Positions 45,608-60,680 of a DNA stretch of 64,000 nucleotides are shown piece after piece (the first letter of the stretch is position 1; every line of letters begins with the position of its first letter). The notes under the pieces are model-generated. The model was not told where the DNA came from. It made no database searches and saw nothing but the letters and a program-made list of their open reading frames with translations. A program made the position numbers and the translations under genes. Source of the DNA: Epithemia pelagica (taxonomy: Eukaryota; Protista; Bacillariophyta); NCBI GenBank assembly GCA_946965045.2, contig OX337235.1, forward strand, positions 2,108,001-2,172,000, in the 5' to 3' direction.

Positions 45608-47191
45608 ATGAAGCTTTCAACAGCAGCACTTGCGGCTTTCAGCGTCGCATCGGCTTCGGCCTTCGTTCCACAGAGTTTTGGTCGTCGGGTGAGTGTTCTT
45701 TATTAGTTATTACTGCGACCTTGTCGACCCTTCAACATGTCAGATTCAAAATGCCAATTCGCGAACCGTATCTCAGTCATTTGCTTGCAAACTATGTCGA
45801 TAGGGCCTTGTCTTGAACAGCATTGGCGGATGGCAACCTGGTACTGGTGGTCCTCCTCCTGATTATTCTAGCTGGGGCCAATCCACGGCTCCACCTGCCC
45901 CTGCGGCAGTTGCCCCGCCGGCTGCTCCTCCTGCGGCCCCGCCAGCAGCTCCTCCTGCGGCACCTGCCCCTGCTGCAGAGGCCGACGCTAACCAGAACGT
46001 CTTCGGAACCCAGTCTTTGGAGTGGGGAGGAAATGAAAATGACCCAAGTTCCAAAACTGTGCGTCTTCGTGAACGTTTGAATGAGGCCGATACGGAACGA
46101 CGCAAGGCCGAAGAAGAGGCCGAGGCTCGTGAACGTGCTGCTGAAATCCGACGTGAGGAAAGACAGAAAAAGATCGCGTACATGAGAGACATGCCTGACA
46201 ACCAACCCGCTGGAACAGGTAAGCACAATATGTTCATAGTGCCAGTCTATCTATTTGTCGTCCATTCTTACTAATAATTCCAATTGTTGCAGTCGAGGAG
46301 TTCATGTTCAAGGAAGGTGTGCAAGATCAACTCAACAAGCTTGATGAAGAGCTTATCGGTCTTATTCCTGTGAAGAAGCGTGTGAAAGAGATCGCTGCCC
46401 TTCTTGTCCTTGACAAAATGCGACGCAAATTAGGGTTCCAGACCTCTGTGCCCTCCTTGCACATGTCCTTTACTGGAGCTCCAGGCACTGGAAAGACCAC
46501 CGTCGCTGTTCGTATGGGACAAATCCTTGCCAAAATGGGATACTCGCGACAAGGGCATGTTGTCCTTGCTACACGTGACGATCTTGTGGGACAATACGTC
46601 GGTCACACCGCACCGAAGACAAAAGAAATGATCAAGAAGGCCATGGGTGGTGTACTTCTTGTCGACGAGGCTTACTACCTTTACAACGCAGCCAACGACC
46701 GCGATTATGGTCAGGAATCGATCGAAATTTTGCTGAATGTTATGGAAACTCAACAAGATGACCTTGTTGTTGCTCTGGCTGGTTACAAGGATCGCATGGA
46801 CAAGTTCTTTTCCTACATCCCTGGTATGATGTCTCGTATTGGTAACCACATCGATTTCCCCAACTACAGCGCGGACGAGCTCGTTGCCATTGCTGGAGTG
46901 ATGGCACGAGAGCTCGAATATGACATCGAGGAAACCGCGTTCCCTGTTTTCAAGAACTACATCGAGAAGCGTATGAATCTTCCTTACTTCTCCAACGCCC
47001 GTACCGTACGTAACGCCATGGACCGTGCTCGTATGAATGCCGCTATCCGAACGTTCGAGAAGTTTGCTATCCAAGGTGAAAATGGAGGTGTCTGTAGCAT
47101 CCATGACTTGAAAGCTATCACGGCTGCTGACTTCCAAGTGCTTGTTGACGACATTGACAACGCTGACGTCGACAAGCGAATCTTTGCCTAA
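45608..47191 (+). CDS. cbbX: Nuclear-encoded CbbX (red-type Rubisco activase, AAA+) with bipartite plastid presequence, 3 exons
   Basis: MKLSTAALAAFSVASASAFVPQ signal; introns 45689-45803 and 46219-46292; LHMSFTGAPGTGKTT, LVGQYVGHTAPKT, DEAYYL, YFSNARTVRNA. Confidence 0.95.
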
Positions 47192-48398
47192 GGAACAGAT
47201 ATGTATCTATAATCAAAAATAATCCATCAAGAGTTTATCCATACCAGATCTGTAGACAGTCTTTGTCCAGCAATGATTATTTCATCGTATGTACTGCTAT
47301 GAAATATCCTCCCTTGCACATGTTGTCGTTTTTACTCTAGTGCGGTTTTCACTAGATAGTTAAGCGTCCGCTTGATGGATGAAGATTTTCTCCATGGTGA
47401 ACCAAGAGCTGGAGCTTCGTCGTCGCACAATTTGAGGACATCTGTTGATTTTCCCTTTGCAGGATGCTTCACTGGTCTTCCACGACAGAGCTTGCACTCT
47501 ACCAGACTCATCACATTACGATAGAAGTATTCATCCTCTGATGAGAAATGTCATGCAACCACTCAGTTACAGCTTCAAGGACTGTATGACTCTACCGTTG
47601 GTCCTCGGGAGGGATGTAGGATCCCCGCACGTGCCTATTTACTATAGCCCATTTTGTACTGTACTCGATTTTTAGTTTTAGTGTACTTAAGTATTTTAGC
47701 GGTCGTGGGAAATTCCAGCGTAAAACCAGGGTCACAAAATGGACCGAAACGCAACCGAAAGAACAACGAGAGCAGCCGTTGTGCATGAACCAATGAACCA
47801 AGGAACAAACAACCATGACAATCAAACAAGCGAGGCAACAAGCACAACAGCGAGCAAAAGCAACCAACAATCAACCAAAAAGGGCAACCAAGGCAATACA
47901 ATCAACAAACATCAAAGAAGCAGCATGGTAGAACAGCAGCGAGCGAAAAACATAGGTAAAGTGACAGCAAAAGCATCAAGAGAGACAAGCAAAGCATCAA
48001 ACAACAAAACCAAAAGCGATGCAACAATCAACCAAGACAAATGACAAAGCAACAATCAAACAAAGGCAAAAACCCACGCAATAAGCCAACAAAGGCAAGA
48101 AACAAGAATAGAAACAGAGACGACGAAAATGAAACAAACATCAATCCAACAAACACAGAAACATAACCAACAACCAAACAGATAGAACAACAGAGCAGAC
48201 CGAGAGAAAAGAGAAGCAAGACAAAGGTTAGAGATGCATTGATAATGGAAATGGATGCAACAATAAAAAAGAGCGAAGACAACACTTACGTATTGAAGCG
48301 ATCTACACGCAGAGCTCAAGCAACAATCTGCAAAGAAAGGAAGCAGTGAGAACAAAGAAAAGACGAGACAACAATCAAACACAGAAAACTTACCTAGT

Positions 48399-52244
<3,846 letters not shown>

Positions 52245-52570
52245 GGTGGTGGAAAACGCAACAATCAAATGGACGAAACGACGACGACGACGACAACAAC
52301 AACATGAATGACCCCTCATATTTTCACGGGTTGCAAAACAAGGCACTATGTAGCACCTAAGTACTTAGTTTGCCCCTAAATAGTGAGACGCTATGTGATC
52401 TTCTGTTCTTAAATAGTGAGACCCTAAGTGTCGTAAGTAATTTCCCCCAATATGTGACTTTTTAGACTATGTAGAGTAACGAGTTTGAAAAATCAACGGA
52501 CGATAAGCCTAACAGATAATAAGTCCTATGTGACACTTACATCCCCCCTCGGACGCAACGGAAGCGCACG

Positions 52571-52775
52571 ACATCTGCTCCTTGTCGTGATTCTCGTCGG
52601 GGGCACTTCTCGGGGGCCTAACTCCTCGGCGGGCAATAGGTCCTCGTCGTGTACTGCCCCAAATCCGCTTATAGCGGATTTGTTGGGCAGTACACTCCTC
52701 GGACCTATTGCCCTTCTCGGAGTTAGGCACCCCTCGTCGTGCCCCACTCCTCGAATCACTCCGCGGAGCAGATGT
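52571..52775. other. 205-nt rod-like hairpin with seven helices and five symmetric 5x5 internal loops (structured ncRNA or ssDNA candidate)
   Basis: Paired stems include ACATCTGCTCC/GGAGCAGATGT, GTGATTC/GAATCAC, GCCTAACTCC/GGAGTTAGGC, GGGCAATAGGTCC/GGACCTATTGCCC, GTGTACTGCCC/GGGCAGTACAC and CAAATCCGC/GCGGATTTG, with apical loop TTATA. Confidence 0.9.
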
Positions 52776-53494
52776 AGAACTACTACTGCGGTCGACGGGG
52801 TGTTGTGGAATGCATAGCAACAATTGCACCCCACCCCCTAGCGGGGGTGGCTAAGAGGGTTTAATTTCGTGTAGCCACCCCCATCTCTCTTGTGTCCGGT
52901 CTAGTCGGCAGGCATATCTCATTTTCACAACCACGATAACAACACGACAATCAAACTTTGTTGTTGCTGGTGACCTCCTATGATCCCCCCATCATGATCC
53001 GACCATCGTGTGATTCATATTAGTACCATGGTAGTGCATTGTGAGCGGCACAGTGCATGAGGGTCACTCTAGGCAAGGATGAAAATAGTGGCCCAGCTTT
53101 ATGGCACGACACGAGACCATGATAGATGATGGCCCCAAAACCACATGGGAATAGAGGTCCTGCTGTCGATACACTCCGTTACTACTGTTCGGTATATTGT
53201 GTACCATTAGGTGTCAAAACAATGAATGATAAGAGCCATACATCCCTCTGAGATGCTTCGTTCGAAATGGAGAGGCGTTGCTTCCGTATGACCGTGCCAC
53301 GAGGCATGGTGCCTGTGAACCAGCTCCACAATAGACTCAACCTTCATATTTTGGCCATGCAGATGTATCCTACGCTATTGGTTAGAGGCCTATGACTTGC
53401 ACGACAGGTACCAAGTGTCAAAATAGGTGCACAACAACAGGTGCAACACCGAGGTCCGTGTTGTTATCGCGATGGATGGAATGAGATATGCCTG

Positions 53495-53680
53495 TGTTAG
53501 AAACGATTGGGTAAAACCACTCTAAGACAAAATTATAGACAGGTTATGCTACTCTTTTTCCCTTTCACGACATCTGCCCAACTCACTCGTTTTGTCATTG
53601 TCTTTGGAACTGGATGGGCTGGTTCGTAACTGGTCGCGCTTCCGCACCGGGCGATCTCTGTATCGGTTCCATTTCCAACA
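53495..53680 (-). repeat. Copia 3' LTR
   Basis: Direct repeat of 60194-60379. Confidence 0.97.
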
Positions 53681-55920
53681 CCCCCCACTCCAGGCTCAGC
53701 AGGCACTAGGATGTCCCGGAGCTCTTGGAAATGGCCCGTATCTCGATGCTCCTTGGTGAGCAAATCCGCTGGATTGACCTTGCCCGGAATATGGAAGACG
53801 GAGACTTCTTGGGCCTTGATGGCGTCGCGAATAGCTACATGACGCGTGTTTAGATGTCGCAGTCTCTTTGTGATGGCACCGGTACTGCTCCAGTCCACGG
53901 CTCCCCGGTTGTCGTTATACACGGGGATAGCCCGTTGTGTGTCAGGAAGTCGCAATTCCTCCATCAAGTACTGAAGACGCTGGGCCTCCTTGGTCACCAG
54001 ATCCATGGACTTGATCTCGGCTTCGCAGGAGCTACGGCTGCATCGCTCCTCCCTTTCTATCTTCCACCACACGAGTCCTCCTGTCCGTAGAATGAGTGCT
54101 CCCTGCAGTGATTTACATCCGTCATCGCTCACCGTGCGTGTTTCTTCTTCCTCTGGCAGAGGACGCGATGCGTCCTGTGGTCCCCAGTTGGAATCCGTGT
54201 ATTGCTCGCAGAATCGGTGGGATGGCGACGGTACATTCGGCGGCCATGATATGTACCCGTTTATTGCGTTGTCGGTCGATCTCTCGGTGAACGATAAACC
54301 GCGGTCCGTGGTCCCCCGCAAGTATCTCAGCACGTGCTTCGCAGCCTCGAAGTGTCCTGGGCTAGGGATTGTCACATGGCGGCTCAATAGTTTGTGGGCC
54401 ACGGCGATATCTGGTCGCGTGCTGATGGAGAGCCAGGTGAGACCCCCCATGAGTGATCGGTAGGGGCCGACGAGAGGGTTGGTCTCTGGTGTCGCGGTGG
54501 AGTCGGGAATCCGGTCGATGGGCAAGCCGGATCGGTACGGGCTAGTGGCCGGCGTACAGTCACCCATTCCGAACTTCTGCAAGAACTGTTCGATGAATCC
54601 TGGCTGTGATATATGTACTCCAACCCCGTCGTTGGTGGTGCGATACCACTGGTACCGACACCCAAGGAAGTATGAAACAGCACCCATGAAGTCAACGGTG
54701 AGTAGACTACCCAGAGTAGATTCGAACCATTTCTCCGCTTCGTCACTGGCGCTAAAGTAAACGAAGTCGTCCACGTACACTCCGACGTAGATAGGTTCGG
54801 CATGGTCAGGACTGTATCCCACTAACACACATGGGTCGTTCGTACACTTCTGGAAGCCCATTTTCTCGACCAACACCTCAACAAACTTGTCGTACCAGTG
54901 TCTAGGACTTCGACGTAGCCCGTAGAGGGTCTTCTTCAATTTCCAGTAGGTATTCGGTTTGCTGATGGGACAGCCCTTGGGAGGTAGACAGATCACCACC
55001 TCTTCCTCGGGTAGCTCGGGTTGACAAAACGCGTTTTTGCAGTCCCCTTGCTTGGCTACTCGCCCTCTCTCCACAGCCATGGAAATCAAGAGCCGACAGC
55101 TTGTAGATTGCAGCACGGGTGCGTATCTATCTGAGCTCGTCCACACCCGCTCTTCTAAATTCCCTAGGACGACGATTCGACTTTTCGCACGATAAGGGTT
55201 GCCCATTTCGTCGGGCTTGATCGTGAACACATTCATCGTAGGTATGGCCGTAAATCCGGCCTCCTGGTATCGCTCATAGGTCTTCTGGTCGATCTCATCG
55301 AACACATCCATCTTCACCAGGCTCCTATGCTCTTCTCCATATGACTCCGTCCATACCTTCTTATCATTGGCGGTCAGGGAGGGGAGCTGTAGAAGGGATC
55401 CTGGCGCCGTCTTCCGGTCGAGGGTACTCGCCGACACAAAACGACTCACGAGCGAAGTTGGTTCCAAGGTCCACCCTGGAATGAGAGTTCCTCCTTGCAA
55501 CATATCGCGATAGGTATGGGCTAAGCTGGGCAAAGCCACTACCGTTCGTTGATTGTTAGTTGCCGTGTCGCGGCTCACAAACTCCCACTCGCCGCCAGCG
55601 TCCAGTCGCAGTTCCCCTTGTAGGTACCCTTGGTCATCTACTTGGAGTGTGACCGGTTCCCCACTACGCAGCCAGGTTGGCCGCAGTGGATCCGCCAAGC
55701 GTGAAGTATCGATTGGTAGAGGGTCAGCCGAGTCGGAGTCCGGATCGGTGGGAACAGGAGCGCCCTGTTTGAGGTCGTTGACCCCCCCATACCATCCCTG
55801 CGTCGACCTCGAGTGGCCCGTCGGAGGGAGGGTCGGTTGGTTCCACTTTGTACGTAGACGTGGTCCCTGTGGGGACTTGAAGGACGCGTCCCTGTCGACG
55901 GGTGGAGTCACCTGGTACAC
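53533..55920 (-). pseudogene. Copia pol, RT + RNase H portion
   Basis: KSRIVVLG, QGDCKNAF, LYGLRRSPRHW, VYVDD, YTDSNWG, SCEAE, YNDN. Confidence 0.93.
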
Positions 55921-56016
55921 GCCGATAAACCGGCGTCCCTGGCGGATAAATCGATTTCACGAACCCGTTGTCACGAGCCCAGAGTGATAACTGGATCCCC
56001 CCATTGTACACAAGGG

Positions 56017-56174
56017 AAGGGAAAGCGTCGCTGACGCCACGATCCACATCGAGAGAGTTGTCGGAAGAGACGGAGAAGGTCTGAAGGTCCGGATTAAGGG
56101 AAAGCGTCGCTGACACCACGATCCACATCGAGAGAGTAGTCGGAAGAGACGGAGAAGGTCTGAAGGTCCGGATT
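56017..56174. repeat. 79-bp tandem duplication inside copia pol, causing a frameshift between IN and RT
   Basis: Copies 56017-56095 and 56096-56174 differ at 2 positions. Confidence 0.92.
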
Positions 56175-58205
56175 ATAGAAAACAAGACCGTTGCAGAAGT
56201 CGCTCCGACCAACCGCAAGGCCCACAAAACTCTTGGACTCAAACGTTTGCCGACGCCGCTGCCCATCTGCCGGACGGTAGAAATAGCCAATCGAGCCGAA
56301 CGAAAACAGTACCCGATAATCGGGCGCGTGACCATAGAACAATTCCAGGGGACTACTCCATTTGGAGGGCCCAACTTGGACAGGAAGCATGTTCATGCGA
56401 TGGAAAGCTTCCCGCAAAGCCCAATACCAGAAGATACGAGGCAGCTTAGCTTCCGCGAGAAAAGAACGGGCCATTCGAACACCGGTCCGCCAGGTGCGTT
56501 CAACAAGGCCGTTGGATGATTGCCGGCGAGGAGCAGCGGACCGGACCTTAATCCGGAGGCTCTGAAGAAATGCAGCCATGCGTCCCCCCAGGAATCGGCT
56601 GTCGAAATCACACTGGATTGACTTGGGAATGCCGCCGGCGTCAATGATGAACCGCCAGAAGGCATCCTGTAGGTCACCACCCGTGAGACGAGTGAGACCG
56701 TAGGTAAACACCATGCGAGTTGCGCTGTCGACTAGAGTGAGACAGTAGTTGTACCCCCCAGGGGAGGTACCCGAACCATATCCGATGTCCATTCCCACCA
56801 ACTCGAGTTTGCTGCGTTCCCGACGACGGCACGACCCGCGACGGCGTTGGTCAATGGTGGTGAAATCCCCAATGGTGGGAGTGGATTCCTGGGCGTCGAC
56901 TACCTGGAGGCCAGTACCGATTTGGCCGAGCAACGAAAAGTCGGACAAATGACGATTTCCGAACAACCGATGGAGTTCGAATGGTGTGCGGCGGTGCTTC
57001 GAGGCACTACCCGTATCGGCGACATAGCACGAGGGCAAAGTGGACCCGGTCTTGTCCGGAGATTGCTGGGATTGCGACCGAGTCTGGACCCGACGACTCG
57101 TCAATTGGACCGCCCTACCATACTGGACACTCCCATGTGTATCAGAATACGAGGGAGTGAGGCGTGAGTCAGCGGTATCGTCGACAGACACCACAAATGA
57201 AGGGAAGGTGAGGGACATGCCCTGGTCGTCGGCGAGGAAGCTGCACCCAGGCCCGCGTCGACGGTGAACTCGAATGGAAAGCAGGTGTACATCCAAATCG
57301 GGCTCGTGGTAGCAGTCCGCTAAACGAACGCGGTGACCAGCCACAACAAATTCAACGGTGCCGCGGCCGGCAATGGGTACGCGACGTCCGTCCCCCATCT
57401 CCACATAACGGGACGACAGCACTTCATACTCTGATTCAACAAAGAATTGGCAGTCCCAAAACATATCCGCTGTAGCGCCCGAGTCGGGGCACAGTAGAGA
57501 ACGGCCCAACCCCCCATGGGACTCCGACAAGCTACGGCGACAGGTGATGAGATCATTAGCCGGAACAAAGGAGGCGGGTGATGAACCCAGAAATTTGTTG
57601 ACTAAGACATTTTTATCGCTCCCTCGACCATCGATCAGCCAGTCCGTAGAGCCACCATCACCAGCATCAGATGTGGCGTCAGACCAATCATCCTCCACCT
57701 CCGATGTGGATGCGCTCTGGACAGAAAGACAGGAGGTGTCAGCGGGAATGTCACAAGGAAGCTTAGAAGGTCCAATCAACTTACAGGTCCCATCGTCATC
57801 GTCACCATCGGACGAACGAACAGTCTCCACAACCACCGGACTCGCTGAATCATTCGTGGCGCCACTGCGAGAAGCAGGAACGTCGCTGCGGGAGGTGGCT
57901 TTCCGACCGACTGGAAACAACGAGGCTTTCCCCTCTGGATTCAACACGCTATCCTTCTCATAGTCATAACTCATCGCAAAACCACAGTCTTTGAGTATAG
58001 GGCACTTCCAGGTTGGGTGGATCCCACGGCCACCCTTTTTGTTCCCTTTGCGAAGAATTTTGCATATCATACACTTGTACTCGCGGTGCTGTTGTCGCGC
58101 TTCGTCAGCTGTGAGGGTGGCGCCGACTTGGGTGAATCCGTCCGATCCGGAATCGTCAGCGCTGACACGGCGGCCCTTGAGAGTCCCATGGCCGTGATTC
58201 CATCC
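56094..58205 (-). pseudogene. Copia gag zinc knuckle, protease and integrase portion
   Basis: CMIC...H...C knuckle, protease PDSGAT, integrase MDIG...CDFDSRF...SNGLVER. Confidence 0.9.
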
Positions 58206-60121
58206 TTAACTTCCATGGTGCTCCGCGATTTGTAACCTTGTTCGCGGAACTCCTGATGCATGGCGATGAACAACTCCTGCGTAGTCATATTAAAGAGATC
58301 CAACCGTCCACACTTGAATTCCTCCTCGAGTGTTTTCATCGCGTGCCCATAAGGTCCCTTGACAACGAGGTAATAAAACCGAACTCAAAAGTGTAGGTCG
58401 GTGATACCATATTTGTGGGTTTGCAACCGGAGACGCGCCTCCTTTGCCCGACGGTAGAATGTCGTCAAATCCTCCTTGTTCTGATGGCTAAGACGATTCC
58501 ACGTGTCGAAATCCTGGAGGAACGAGCTCGTGGTAGTGGGGTAAGCTATCGCACGCAAGCGCTCCAACGACAAGATGCCATCCCCATAGGATCCTTCTGA
58601 CTGCAACTCTGACAACACTCCGAGAGCGACCGGGTTCCTCTTGGCTTGGATAGATATCACTAGGTGATAGTGGAGTTGTTGGGAAATCTGTTGGTCGTCC
58701 GGATTCCCAGGAGTCGTGGCATGCCCTGGAATGGTAGTGCCATCCTGCAAATGCCAGTGATGCATATGCAGAATATTACGGATGGTCTCGTAATATTGGT
58801 CGAAAAGTTCCCCTGTGAAGGCTGTTGCCGGGAACTCGGGAAATCCTTTCTGTTCCCGACAGAGTTTTCCGTGGGGTGTCTCCGCCAAGGACGAGGATGC
58901 CGTAGAGCCGACGGCCGAAGGGAGAGTCGGAGTTCCCCCCATGGTGGCAGCCCCAGGAGGACGACTGCCGGAGGGACCATCGGAACGATGCAAATCCTGC
59001 ACCACCCGTTGAATGGTGGCGGAGGGAACCGATTGAGCGGCCAGCACGGACTTCAATCGAAGGGTGAACGACGACGGGGCAGGGGACACCGGCTCGGGAG
59101 ACACGGACGGAAGAGGATGTGGCCAAGGACCCTGAGTGTAAGGGACAGTGGCGGCGGGTGGGAAGGGACCGCGGGGAGGCACCAAACGGGGATCCCATCC
59201 AAGGTAACGCACGGCGGCACCATAGGTGGACGCACCGGCAAAGTCGGGGGCCGTGTGGGTGTGGGCCCGGAAGTCGGCAATACGGACCCAGGCGTCGCTC
59301 CAGGAGGTGTAGATGCCCGGATTCCAGCCCTGGCGCACAACGTAGAAATGCTTCCGAGATTGCTGCGACGAACGATCGGGCCCGATATACCCGCGGAGGT
59401 AAGGGTGAGACACACCGCGGTAATCGGCTTGGACCACTGCACCAGCTAAGGCAGAGGTAGACGTCGCTTGATACTGCACGTAGATCTCATTCGGGGTGAG
59501 TGTGACAGTAGGAGGTGGATGGGGCCCCGACGGAGTAGGCGGAGTTGGTGGTACCGCGGGCACAGTATCGGGAATGTTTCGAACTGGGGTACCGAGCTCC
59601 GAAGGCACTGGAGAAACGCCGGGCTGGAGACTGCCCGATGAATAATCGTAGTAGTCGAGGGCCTCCTCTGCCGCTTCAATTGTATCGGCAAAACTAATAC
59701 TGTCTTGAATAACGGATTGGTCTCCGCCTTGAAGGATGACAGCCCGGGTGTAGGGGCTGTAGGCACTCAATGGATCCGAGGACACAGAAGCATCGGGGTC
59801 TGGACGTTGTCGTTCCGTTGGGCGGTTCGTAATGGACGGGGACGAACTCGCGGGTAAGGGGACAATAACCGATTCGGTCACTCTCGGATGCTCTCGAAAT
59901 GATGATGGTGGAGGATCCATAGTACTAGGTGCGAGCTTGTTGGAGGAGGCCATGGTTAATTCACTCAGCGGGTCGTCGGAAATCTCCGAGTGTTCTTCAA
60001 CCGATGGAGTGCTGGGGCGAATGTTAAGATGCTGTAACATACGGCCAAATGGGGTGCGGAGGAGACGAGGTTGTGAAAAGAATCCTCCGGGTGGATCGTC
60101 TGTCGACTGTTGAGACGACAT
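58067..60121 (-). pseudogene. Copia gag portion with in-frame TGA at 58385-58387 and a frameshift between ~58070 and ~58205
   Basis: ORFs 58385-60121 and 58067-58339 share a frame separated by a single TGA; the zinc knuckle lies in the -1 frame. Confidence 0.8.
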
Positions 60122-60193
60122 GTTCAGGGATGGGTCCCTGATTGGGCTTCACCCAGGCACTGAAGAAGGAAATAGCAGTTGGGCTCAGTAACC

Positions 60194-60379
60194 TGTTAGA
60201 AACAATTGGGTAAAACCACTCTAAGACGAAATTATAGACAGGTTATGCTACTCTTTTTCCCTTTCACGACATCTGCCCAACTCACTCGTTTTGTCATTGT
60301 CTTTGGAACTGGATGGGCTGGTTCGTAACTGGTCGCGCTTCCGCACCGGGCGATCTCTGTATCGGTTCCATTTCCAACA
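60194..60379 (-). repeat. Copia 5' LTR
   Basis: Direct repeat of 53495-53680, followed on the minus strand by a PBS-like GGTTACTGAGCCCAA. Confidence 0.97.
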
Positions 60380-60680
60380 GCCTGCCGACTAGAAACAGGT
60401 TATTTTTCTACCAGAGAGATGGGGGTGTTTCAACGAAATTACAACCTCAAAAACACCCCCGCTAGGGGGTAAATAGCACCCTCTTTCTTTCGTGGGTACT
60501 CCCAAGCGCGGGGATAGTTCTGAGTCGCACTTAAAAAGGACGAATTCAGATTTTCTGCGAGTCAGGCGGGATTCACAACTCACAAGGCGCTTGGGGGTAC
60601 TTTCGAGGGTCGTGGGCAGTTTTCGCAGAAGCGCCGTGGGATCGTGCGAGATTGGCTCTCCGTACAACACACGAAGGACG

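Larger units (their letters stand above)
53495..60379 (-). mobile_element. Ty1/copia LTR retrotransposon (CoDi-like), full length, 5-bp TSD GCCTG, coding-defective
   Basis: 186-bp LTRs (TG...CA) with 2 mismatches; TSD at 53490-53494 and 60380-60384; domain order gag-PR-IN-RT-RH; PPT at 53681-53691. Confidence 0.97.
52833..60470. mobile_element. Foldback/MITE-like element (~0.75 kb without the copia) with ~120-bp imperfect inverted arms; the right arm is split by the copia
   Basis: Left arm 52833-52950 (ACCCCCTAGCGGGGGTG...CACCCCCATCTCTCT...TCTAGTCGGCAGGCATATCTCAT...CGATAACAACACG) matches the reverse complement of 53457-53494 joined to 60385-60470. Confidence 0.75.

Noticed and set aside
45608-47191. 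cbbX as evidence of a bacterial contaminant or recent HGT
   Set aside because: It has spliceosomal introns and an ASAF-type plastid presequence; nuclear cbbX is expected in red-lineage algae.
58070-58205. Programmed -1 gag/pol frameshift in the copia
   Set aside because: No X-XXY-YYZ slippery heptamer was seen, and the shift falls before the gag zinc knuckle; a mutation is more likely.
58385-58387. Programmed readthrough of the copia gag TGA
   Set aside because: The context TTT-TGA-GTT lacks a known readthrough signal, the stop lies inside gag upstream of the zinc knuckle, and other lesions show the copy is defective.
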